From the NCBI GenBank assembly GCA_030704615.1, contig CM060731.1, positions 88,350,001-88,414,000 on the forward strand: DNA of 64,000 bases, read 5' to 3'. Below the pieces are notes generated by a model. The model was given only the letters and a program-made list of their open reading frames with translations. It was not told the origin of the DNA and did not search any database. A program made the translations under genes and the position numbers. Positions 39,114 to 50,747 of this stretch are shown in pieces. The DNA comes from Takakia lepidozioides. Its lineage: Eukaryota; Plantae; Bryophyta. The stretch's first letter is position 1; each line of letters opens with the position of its first letter.

Positions 39114-41862
39114 ATGCATAAATGGGTACAATTTTATTTTCGGATCGTTTTTTATCCTTAGCCAGGTAGTTTCGGCATTGTATTGCCAAGTTATCACAAG
39201 TTGTTAGTTATTTGGGAACCGCTGGTGAAGCACTTAGGAATTGGATTAAGTCTTAGACAAGCATCGAGTGGCACTCTGGCGTCAAAACGACAGTAGGAAA
39301 GCTGCAAAGACAACATAGTAGGCTACCAATTTGGTACAACAACTTGTAATTGTTTGAACTGTACGAGGGCGACTGTAAGGACGGGTTGCAATCTGTCTTT
39401 TCTCCCCCTTCATTTATCCAGTAGGTCCACACGGTGACAGCACTTGGCAAATTAGAATTAGGAATCGTATAGCGATGAAATATCGCAACAACAGTTGGAC
39501 GTTACATCGGAACAACGGCGGAACGGACGACTTCAGAGCGGAGCGTGGCCAACCGACGGTGCAAATGGGTAGTTGGAGGTGACTTCCGGGTGTTCAAGAT
39601 CAAGTGGCAGGATCCAAGACTCCAGGGGCATCACCATTAGGAGAATTTCCAGGGAAACAGCAGACTTCCTACGCGACGGATCCACGGAGAACGGCGTTTG
39701 AAATTGGTTTTTAACTTCGATTGACCTGAGGATTTACAAGCAATTACGGAGCACCTAATCATAATTTATCACCAAATTTTGTGATTTATGGTTAAGGTTA
39801 TCAACGGCACCAAATTACAAGGCTAGACACTTGCGGCGATCGATTTAAATGATTTTCTATGGATTTCATTGGAGGAAAAGGCTCAAATTCCCTTAGGGGT
39901 TGTAGGGATGATAACCGCCACCTAGCGGTCAAACAGGATGAGGAAAATCCCTTTGACCGGTTTCCCGGATGGGTTCCCATCCAAATATTTGCTTATTGCA
40001 ATTTAGTAGTTTTTTTTTATTATATCTCCCTCTAGTTATATGACGTGGTACATTACTTAAGGAGAAGGAAACTTCTTTAAAGGCTAAGAGTGAGAAGGCC
40101 TCTTAGGCCATAGATCCATAGGATCATTTATATATTTCTTTATTGTTGTGGTTTCAAGTTCTTAAAGTGAAGTGGTCTCGGAAAGAGAGGACCAGCAATA
40201 TCTAGGAGGGCTAGGGTGGCTATACTAACTCACTAAACCCCCCTAAAAGACAAGGAAGATCTTAGAAGTAGGGGGTGGGGTTTTGTTATTTTGTTTTTGT
40301 TGTTTATTCCCATTATGAGGCGCCATTGAGGCCCGCTCAAGCAGGGATAGAGTCGCCATAAGCTTAAGAAGCGAAAGGTCTATGTGCGCTGGGCCCCCGC
40401 AGCCACGCGCCGTGGCGGTGAGAGCGCAGGGCCTGCATTGACTGTTGTACTTGAGGAAAGGACACATACGCGCGGCAGAGCAACAACGTGCGAGCGGGCT
40501 GAGCGCCCCGCGCCTAGGACCGTTGGGCAGCGGAGCAGACATACACTAGACGGACCGTTGGGTAAACCACACGTGCAGCCGCGCTTGCGCGTGCCTCGCC
40601 ACGTGTCCAGGGAGCTTTTACCCAGCGGATGCCCCCGCGGGGGGTTTGTTTAAGGGGGTTTTTTGAACCCTTCTCTATTGTTTATTGGGGATAGCCCCTT
40701 AGCTTTGATTTTTGCTGTATCAACAGATTTAATGGTGGGAAAAATCCAAGAGTCGGGGAGGAGATAGCCTAGAGAGCGGCCTCTCTTTTGGATCGGGCCT
40801 CTGAGAGTGAGGATTCCCGAACCCCGAGCTACACGCCGAGACAGCAACGGAGAGATTTTGGGTACAAACTACTCTATCCTAGTTTTTAGGCTACAGTAGT
40901 GAATAGTGAAAGGGAGAAAGGTAGGGGATGTCTTATTCTAAGGTAGGAAAGCGCTCTTGCTCCCTTATTTAATTATATCCTATAAGCGCCTGGAGGGAGA
41001 AAAGGCTGGGCCCACGAGGGAGGATAGGTTGCGGCAGCGCCTCGCACATTTTGGCTGGCGGATGAACTGCGATTTCATCCGCCTTCATTTTGTTCATCCG
41101 TCAGGCAGGGGCAGTGGTTCCCCTCCCGTGCGGGAACGGTTCCCCGGGGTTCCCACAGATCAGGTGCGTAATTCCTGGATCCCTGGAATCTGGAGCAGAT
41201 TCTCTGCTCAGTTGTATTTTTTTATTTTTCCATTTATTTATTTATTTCTGGTTATTTGTTTGGAAGGAAAATAGGAGACTACCCTCGCAAACACCAACAT
41301 ACTCTTTCCCCCAAACTCAGCTTTCGTTAGATAGGCATATCATGTTTTCTTTTATATGTTTTTTTTTCTCTCCATCTCTTTGTTATGGCAGTTCATCATA
41401 TTGTCCTGCTATCAGCGTGGTTCCTGATCGATGGCACCGCCTTTCTTCAGACTTCCCCATCAATCAAGCTACATTTCATTATGTTCATCAACGGAGGAGT
41501 TTTTCTAAAATCCAATCTATGTTTTTTTCTCCATAGTTCATCCCCTTAGGCTGTCTCCCTCTTTCATCTCCTTTAATCATTCAATACCCTCAGCTGGATG
41601 TACTGGAGCCCTCTCTATTTCTTAGACCCTCTCTCTTCAGCACTTCCCACTCTTCCCCGTTCCTCGGCTCGCCTCCTTCACTTACCCCTAATCCACCCTC
41701 TTGTTTAAGCACTAATCTTAGTTCATCTAGGTGTCCAAATTGTCTATTCCTTCTCTAACTACCACCGTCGCCAGCTTAGCTCGCCTCTGGCTTATTCTTA
41801 GTCCTGGGGGGTGAAGTTTAGCAGCAGGGTTCCTTCTCTTCAGTCATTTTTTCACTCTCATT

Positions 41863-44800
41863 ATGGCCCCGGGTTTCTTCTATGCTCAGCACAAGGAGGC
41901 AAGGGAGTCACGATTCCCCAACGGAAGTGTACAGCAAAAGAGACCCCAGCCCTCCACGGAGACTGGGTTCTTCCAGGGCCACCAGGCGCGTTCCAGGCAG
42001 TACTCGACCAATGTTCCAGTAAGAGCACCCACCCCCCCTTTCACTTCAAGTCCCATCTCCCCCATTCAGCCATTCTTCAAAATCCCGAGACTCGCTTCCA
42101 ATCCGGAGGAAATTCCTCACCCACAACCGACTGATGGGGATTGGTCTAACGGCACAAAGGTACATCAGGAAGAGTTGGACAAAGATTACCCCTTGATTAT
42201 GTTGAATGTTCCAGACCTCCAGAAGAGGGTGGCCGACTTGGAGGAGCATGGTATTTTCATTCATTTTCTAGGGAAAATGGTCGACAGGGCCCATGTCCGT
42301 GACTGGGCTATCAAACACCTTGGGGGCCCGGGCAAAATCAAACAAAGATTCTGCCATGCCAAAGGCCGAGGATTTTACTCAATAGTCTTCAAATCCAAGG
42401 AACCTGCCAACCAAGCTCTTTCATTCAACCCACACAGAAAGGGATTCAACGTAAATATCTTTCCGTGGTCATCTAAAATGGGCCATAGAAATGGGAAGCT
42501 CTGGGGCGCCAGAATCATTTCGGTTCCATACATTCCATATCAGTATTTACAAAACTTACCGGACATAGCCAATCACTTTGGCAAATGAGGAAGCCTTGCC
42601 GCAATATGTGAGGCTTCCAATAGATGAGGAAGGCAACTATTTCACCATTCAGCTCATTGAAGACACTACCTATTCTGCCTGCTTCAATTGCGGCCAACTA
42701 GGCCACATCAAGCTTGATTGCCCATCAGCAAAGCGGAAGAGATCTCCTCAGGCACCCCCTGCCACAACGCACAATCAGGGTCATGGACTGCCACAAGCAT
42801 CGACCTCCACCCTCGCTCATGGGATTCAAACCATTCATCCACAGCCAACAGCGATATCTAGAGGTCAAACAGTTGAGCCACTGAATCTCTTGGACTCCCT
42901 ACAATTCAGACCCAGACCACATTCCCCCTCCAACTTGGACTCTAGCCAAGACCCAATGCAAGAGGAGGTCTTCCAGGTAAGCCCCCCAAGAAATTCTGGT
43001 TGAAGGGGTCAAGAAATAGTGGGGCAGGAAGGCCTCAAAAAATTCTTGAATCTTGTATTTGAACAGGATTTCCGGGCTGCTATTGGGCGGGCTTGCCCTC
43101 ATGAATTGTTTGACATCCGTGGTCTTGACCCATAGAGATTCAACACATTCCATATCGTCCCTTTTCTGAAAATCAGCGATGTGATGCACGAAGCCTTGGG
43201 AGCTGCAAATGTCTCCAAGGCAGAGCATCCGAGCAGATCCAGATTTGAAAATGAGCATGTGTTGAGGCAAAGTTTAGCAAAGGAAAAATTGCATGAGATA
43301 CCTGTAGTTATTTGCGGACCTCGTTTGGTAGTGGGGCTCGTCAGTTGGATTGCAGGTGTTGTTGAATCTTCTCCCATCTTTTCTTTGCCTTTGCTGCTAG
43401 AGGATTTTCTTTGCTGATGAACTCTGACCCTCATCCTGGATTAAGCTGCAGGCCATCTACCCAGGTGCTGGCCTTAATGGAAGAAGCAGAGATATACAAT
43501 ACGCCTCCTCCTCTAGGGGCAATATGGACTTACAATCAATGGCTCTCAGCACCCAAGGGATGCCACCCACTTCAGATCAGGAACCAAGACACCTTGGTTA
43601 ATGGCTTCCAACTGTTATCGGCATTCTGGAGCTGGAAATAGACAAAGAAAACCACAGGATGGAGGTGCAAAGGACAAGGGACTACATCAACAAGGTCAGG
43701 GTGAAAGACACAAACACGGCTTCTTCGGCCTCTTCAGGGGCCAATGCGGTTTCCTCACCAGATGACTTCAGTGCTGACAATGATCAACTAGCAGTAGCAG
43801 TCACCACCATGCACATCTCCCCTCCCCCCATCAACAATACAAGCCCCGTCTCCCCACCATCAATCATGGACGCCAGTCAGCCACATGACAACATTGATCC
43901 TCCACTTGCAGTCCGTCAGCCCAGCCCAACATCCGACCCCCCCCCAGGTTCTCTTCTCTTCCTCTCCATGTTTTTTCTTCCAAGTGCTCTCTAAAGACCT
44001 TGGCAGGTGTTGGATGCTTTGTGGAAAAGAAAAGTACTTCTCGGGGAAACCAAAGAGGCATTTGTTACCAACCTTTGACCTCGCAGATTGCATCCCCTCT
44101 GGTACACTCCCCTCCGATGGTTCCTTGACTAACAGATACCCACAGATTAAGTCACTTTTTTCTTCGGGGTTTTTCCCCAAAGGAGTGGAGATTCAGTCCC
44201 TATCAATTTCCCGAAACTAAAACCACCACTCTCCTTTGCCTGGGTAACAGCCTTCAGACCTCGAGACCGCAGGGTTCAATTCTCCTTCCGACAAAGTAGG
44301 CCATCAAATTTGACACCAAGTCCAAGCCTACCTATGCCTCCTGATGATACTTAATCTTCATTCCTGGAATCTTAGAGGCCTAGGGGCGGATGTTGCTTCC
44401 CTAAAAAGGGTTAAAATAAAAAACTGGCTGGCAGCCTTCCTCCAAACTAATGCCATTGTCTTCCTGTAGGAGCATAAACTGGACCAGATTAAAATAGACA
44501 GCCTCACAGACCACATGTGACCTCTGGGCAATGCATATGGAGACCAACTTCGGAGGGCACAAAGGGAGGAACAGCTATTCTACTTTCTCCCTTCCTTCAA
44601 ACCTACCTATCTGCTGATTCTATCTGGCTCCAAGCAGAATCCAATTTTTCTCAATCACCCTCCCTAACAAGTCCGGCACAATAGGCTTAGTGAACATTTA
44701 CGCGCCAAATACACCAGCTGACCATGCAAAATTCTGGAGCATCCTTAATGCTAGACAGACAGCTCAACCCTCTATTGACAGCTAGATTATTTCTGGAGAC

Positions 44801-47140
44801 TTCAATATGGTGGAAGCCCCAGAGGATAGAAGGGGCTTGGGTTCTTACAGCCCCAATCCTGAGGAGATGGATCATTGGTTCTCATGTATGCAGAACCACA
44901 ATCTGACTGAGGTTGTACCAATCTTTGGCCAATCATCAAACCTTTCATTCACTTGGACCAATAACAGAACACTTGCGGACCTATGCCTGGCATGCCTAGA
45001 CAGAGCTTATGTTTCACTGGATTTGGTTCAACTCTCTAGAAGGCTCCCCTAGGAGCCCATCCCTCTTGGATTTGACCATGCCCCGATCTCTCTTTCAGTA
45101 CAGTTTCCCGAATCTCAGCGTCGCGGCAGGGGCATGTTTAAGATCAACAGCTTATTGCTGAAAGTGCCATCCTTCAAACTAGGACTTCAGCAAGCCTGGA
45201 TTCGGGCAGGGCTGGATAGTCAGAATCCGACTGAGTGGTTTCTAGCTAAACTCAAAGCTGTCAATGTGGAGAGCCAGAAAATGAGTTTAGCCCTCTCTAT
45301 TATCAGGAAAAGGAAGGTAAAAGCCCTTACAAAATGCCTGAAAGTTTGTCAATCCAGACTGGAGTTTATCCGCTGTGATGAATTCACATACCATACCTAT
45401 GTTGAAGCCAGATGCAACCTTGATATCCATCACAAAATTCAAGAAAGGAAGCTCAAACTGCAAACGGGAGTGAATTGGTCTACCAAGGGCGAAAAGATGA
45501 CAAAATATTTCTTCGATAAGACCAGATTACGCAGGGCATCTCAAGCCATCACAGAACTAATTGACCAGTTTTCTTGCTTTTCTGCCACAACCCCCAAAGC
45601 CATGGGCCGACCTATCCCGCAAGCATTTCCAACAGTTGTTTAAAAGTGACCTGGTGAACCTCAGACCAACTCCCTCCCAAACCGCTTGCCTGGCCCACAC
45701 TGACGCGCACCTCACTTCGGTAAGCCCCCCCCCCTCAAGTCATAGTTACTCGCTTTGATGCGCGCGCCTGACTCCCAACCTGGCCGCCGGGCCAACTTGG
45801 AGCTTCGGCTGCTCACCGGGGCATAACGGTCCCCCTTTGTTCTCCCAAAGAACCCTCCACCGATTTGGAACCAGCGGGAATTCCCTTTGGTAGTTGGCAG
45901 TCCGGAACAGCTCCCCACTCTTTGGTCGCTTTCCGGCTCACTCGCTTACTCACTAGTTTTTGGTCACCAACGGGCTTGCACCGTTCTCGGGGTTACTACT
46001 CCCTATATATACTTCTGTAGCTGTCCGCGGGGGTTTCACAACCAGCCATGCCATTTTATGGCGAACCACCACGAAAACCCTCGACTCCCGGTGATGAGTC
46101 GCGGTGAGTCTTGGCCCACTCACCACGGCCCCTATGGAACGTGATGAGTCCCAAGACTCCCCATGACTCCACGAGGACTCCGCCCCCATGGTGAGTCTTA
46201 TGTCACCCCCACTAAGTCCCGCTAAGCTACCACCACCCCTTGTGGAGCCACCCCCACCGCAACCCGATGTGCGGGGCTCCACCTAGTGAGCGCCTCCGCC
46301 TCCTTGAGTGCCTTGGGCACTCAAGGGTGCTTCAGCCCCCCCCCCATACCTATCGCTACCGCTGCCCCCACCACAGGGGCAGCCCCTCATGTGTCCCGAC
46401 CCCTTGCCCTCAAGGCAAAGGGCCGCGACACACACCCCAACCATCCTCTCCGGTCAGAAAGCTTCATCGTTGGAGGGGGATTTCTCTAAAGCAAAATTAG
46501 AAGACGCCTTGGATAAACTCCAAAACAACAAGGCCTCGGGGATGGACGGCCTATCTGTTGAGTTCTAGAAGGCCATGTGGTCTGACATCTCCTATGACTT
46601 CACCGCAATGGCGAACCATCTATTTCACCAGGGCTCCATGCCAGAAGCCATGTCACAGGGGGTTATCACCTTGCTGTACAAAAAGGGAGACAGAACCAAT
46701 ATATCTAACTACCGCCCAATCACCTTGTTGTATGTATTTGAATGTTATTGCAAAAACCCTGGCTCTAAGACTACAGCCACTCCTCCCCTCCCTAATCCAT
46801 CCCAATCAAATGGGGTTCATCAAGGGAAGATTTATCCTGGACAACCTGCTCTTGGCTCAAGAGGTCCCCGAATTTGCAGCCAGAACAAGCCAAGCTATCG
46901 CCATGTTGCTTCTGGATTTCGAACAGGCGTTCGACAGGGTCGAGTGGAACTTCCTCTTGGCAGCCCTAGCTAAGATTGGTATCCCTCCACACTTCTGTAA
47001 ATGGGTCAAGATTTTACTCTTCAATCCGAGTCATCGTAAATGGTCACATCTCTTCCTCTTTTCCCTTGCAACGATCAGTCCGCCAAGGCTGCCCATTGGC
47101 CCCTTACCTTTTCCTCATAGTGGCTGATTCCCTGCATTAT
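41863..47140 (+). mobile_element. L1-clade LINE, degenerate and 3'-truncated (ORF1 knuckle; ORF2 APE and RT)
   Basis: CFNCGQLGHIKLDC; SWNLRGL, NIYAPN, GDFN, LDRAYVS, DHAP; KASGMDGL, NYRPITLL, LDFEQAFDRVEW, VRQGCPLAPYLF. Confidence 0.9.
45701..46430. mobile_element. Solo LTR (730 bp) inserted in L1 ORF2
   Basis: TGACGCG...CGCGACA; TSD CACAC; same family as 26015-26742. Confidence 0.92.
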
Positions 47141-47141
47141 T

Positions 47142-48600
47142 ACCCTTCCGTTTTGGAGTGGACGATTTCTATGGCTCTTTTGCGTTCAGAGCTTGAATGA
47201 TTCTCTCCTGAAGGTCTTTTTCAGTGCGTGGGGCAAGTGTCGCGGCGTTGTCGTTCAGGTTCCTCAACACCACCTCATCGAATGGTGTGTCTTGTTTGGG
47301 CAGATCAAGGTACCACCGGCAGTCTCTGAAGTGCGCCCTGCTCCAGTCTTTGGCAATCCTAGCCGTACACATTGTCTTCTCATTTGAGGGGTCCGCCCAT
47401 GTGTAGATGAAGTCAGGGTCATCGCTCAGGTACTTTCCCGAAATGAGGACATAATATATGTACCTGAACCACACACCCCAAAAACACAGATGATCATTCC
47501 AAAACAAGTAAATACAAACATTTCTGCAGCACAAGGGTTGAACACTAGAGAGGTCTAACCTGTGCAAAAACACACTCAGCCTAACGGTAACAAACCTTGC
47601 ATGTCAACAAGGTACATTTGAGAGTGTAAACGAATCTAATAAATCCCTGAAACGATCATTTCTCAGCCAGAATCAACCTTGCATTGACGCAAGGTTGATT
47701 AGTGCTTAGAAACACACTTAGAAAAACAAACATTCACATGGAAACGAACCCTCCATCTGACCTAGTTGATTGGCGGCACCACAAATGTGTAGTCTAATCT
47801 GTGCAAGGTACATTTGAGCCTGTAAACGAATGTACTGAAAGTTGGAAAAAAAACCCCTGAAACAATCAGTTCTCATCCAGATTCAACCTGGCGTTGACGC
47901 AAGGTTGATTACTGCTTACAAACACACCTCTCAAAGCAAACGTTCACCTGGAAACAAACCTTGAAACTACAACCTACAACTACCCTACATCTACAGTACC
48001 TTTCATTAAAATAGACCCTCGCATGGAAATTCCACAACCGCAATGAACCTTGTGTTGACGCAACGTTGATTGGCGGCACCACACATGTGAAGTCACACTG
48101 GCTTCACAGGAAACGAAGTACAAATTCATTCAAGTTCACATGAAATAATATCATGGAATACTCACCAAGGCAACCGGAATTCAACCTTGCGTTGACGCAA
48201 GGTTGATAAGAGCAAACTGAAACTGAAATCAAAATTGCCTCACGTCACACCAAGTTCCTATTCAATCAAGATGAAATGAAATGAAACCAACCGAAAGGAT
48301 TGGCGCAACCTTGAAACACACATACCTAATGAAATATAGGCGAATCAATCCACTGCATATTGCGGGGTCTGTACCTGTACAAGACTCCCTTCATTGCTTA
48401 CCATTGTTGTACTGGTTTTTGAATTCATTCGACCTCATAATCCCTTTGTCCCTTTCAAACTCCCTGAAAAAGTAGTTGTTCCACACAACCCCCTTCCATC
48501 TCCTGATATAGGACTCCAGCGTGATTCGGGGCTGGGCCATGGTGATTTTTTAGTCTGTCATTGACTCTCCCAGTGTTGCCACCGTTTGTTTTTCCAGCTG
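47142..48600 (-). pseudogene. Fragment of a diverged sister-family homolog of the ParB-MTase-like gene
   Basis: RYIYYVLISG...W...KDWSRAHFRDCRWYLDL aligns with RYMKYVLLQTG (63357) and W...KQWHAAHLVGCPWYLDM (~53000-53100); intron 47464-48325 has its acceptor at the equivalent position. Confidence 0.65.
47593..48206. repeat. Second palindrome family AACCTTGCGT-TG-ACGCAAGGTT (intronic)
   Basis: Copies at 47671-47700, 47881-47910, 48046-48067 and 48181-48206, plus degenerate ones. Confidence 0.85.
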
Positions 48601-49109
48601 CAAGAAGAAGGTCATGAGAAGTTGACGAGCCCTGGACGCGCGTGGTGGGGGCTGCTATTTCATGAGCCATGAGCCATGAGCGGCATGAGCCATGAGCAAA
48701 GTCGTAAGTGTCGAAAAAAACATGAGCATGACTATTTTCCAGAAATGAGTGTCCGCGGGAATAGGGTTGAGGGTGTCACGGTCGTAGGGGGAGAAGGACC
48801 TCCCGATGAAGGAGGTTCGGCAATGTTTTTTAGAATTACATATTGAAAGGCAATGTTTCGCGAATGGTAGGGTGGTACTGCTCTGTAGAATGAGGGCCCA
48901 TTTCAGCCTACCAGCCACTTGCAAAATCCACCCACACTCCCAATCCCAAACGAAATGAGGAATGATGCATTCTGGGAACGATGGATACATAATAGAACAA
49001 AAAGAGGGCACAATGGGATTTTTATTGATCCACATGAATTGCATTTGAAGCACGTCTACTGTGTTGATTGTGCAAACAAATCCTTAGCCCTGTGCCTTCT
49101 GAATACAAG

Positions 49110-49823
49110 TCACGTTGTCAATGGGACTTCGACTGCTCTGAAAACTAGCTCACGGGTCATCGGGCTCCTCCAGGTAAATTGTATTGCAGCCGTTGTACCG
49201 CCCCTGTTGATGTTCACCACAATGTCGTGCCCTTCAATCATACCACCATCGAATATGGAAAGCTTCACGTTTTCGTCGTCCACACCAATTCGAATGTCCC
49301 CATACAATGGAGAAGAGGAGCGCACTCCTTCAGGAGTATACGTCTCTCCGATGGAGTCCACCCACGTCCACTGGCAGCAGTTCCACCGCAACAGCATAGC
49401 AGTGCGCATTCTTCTGCATGGGTGCCCGTCGTAGCTGGGAAAATCGAAATCAAGGATGCGCAGGAGCCATGGACTCCTCAGACCAAGATCATCACCCCGC
49501 TCGAAGGCGTAGTGGCCTGGGATATACTCAAAAGCGGACAATGTTTCCACATTTGAACCAATATCTTCTGTGTAAACTGTGTACCAGATAACGATGTCTC
49601 CCGATGTGGCCAAATACATTGCATAATCGAAGCCTCCATAAGGGCAGTCATCCCGGTTCTGGAAGCACGGCATCCTTGCAAAGGAGGACTTGAGGACGTC
49701 TTTGATGCCGATGACAATGACCTTGCGGACAGCAACGAAGCCCTTAGATTTTCGAAATGATGAGAAGCGGAAGAGCTGTGCGGGCTCCAATAATGGAGCA
49801 TCTGGGTCCCACGTACCCACCAA
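49110..49823 (-). CDS. Cargo protein paralog A (copy C)
   Basis: 237-aa open frame, roughly 90% identical to 547..1260. Confidence 0.6.
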   Translation of the reverse strand: MVGTWDPDAPLLEPAQLFRFSSFRKSKGFVAVRKVIVIGIKDVLKSSFARMPCFQNRDDCPYGGFDYAMYLATSGDIVIWYTVYTEDIGSNVETLSAFEYIPGHYAFERGDDLGLRSPWLLRILDFDFPSYDGHPCRRMRTAMLLRWNCCQWTWVDSIGETYTPEGVRSSSPLYGDIRIGVDDENVKLSIFDGGMIEGHDIVVNINRGGTTAAIQFTWRSPMTRELVFRAVEVPLTT

Positions 49824-50747
49824 TCATCGTGTAACGTGTTCATCACGCCAGCGGTAAATGAACCGATACCGCTTTCTCATCCACGGGGTATAGTTTGAAA
49901 TCTGCTACCGAAGTCCATCCCCCGGTTGGAAATTCGGCGCCGCATTCACATCGAAGGGGGGATGGACTTCAACATCTCGAGTGGCTATAGGCCCACCTGG
50001 CACTTACTGCCCATAGTTTGCATGGCAGGGAAGGAAACTGAAATGGAGCAGCCAATCTTCATCCGTGCAGGTTCCTGTAGGGGGGGAATTTAAATGTGCC
50101 CTGGAGTGTTTGTGAGGAATTGCAACGTTTGCTTGAACTTCTTCCAGCCACCGCACTGCTGCCTCCTCCATCCGGGAGCTGCTGTCATTGAGCGTACTCC
50201 GCTAATTTTTTTCAAGGATGCCGTGCCGCCAAAATCTTGCTAACTGCCCTTATCATGGCCACGATTATGCTATGTTCAAACCAGAATCAAGAGACATCAT
50301 TGTCTGGCTCTCTGTTTTCACTGACGCTTCTGGAATCACCTTTATACTCTCCAGAACGGAAATGCGGTGCCGCATTTGCATTTTCACTCTAACTCATCAG
50401 ACGCTGGGACTAAAATGCCATGATATGTGAACACGTGGACCAACGGAATTGCGGCACCACATTTACATGTCTGCACTCTATATGTCTGAAGTGTCAGGAG
50501 GCGGCGCGGCCTGACCGTTGGTTAATGATGTTTGTTTTTTGGACGGCAGGCGTACCCTTGACGATTCGAATTTCGTAATGACGCATAGTTCACGAGGAGA
50601 CACTTTCGTCCCAGCCTTTCGAACCCAAGTGGTGCATCACCGCCGTTTCATCTTCTTTTGTCGTGTCTACTCAGTCACCCCTCTCGTGCCCTTTCCATCT
50701 GCACTCTTCGCCCTTTTTCCCTGTCTCTGTTCTTCTTATGCTCGATC

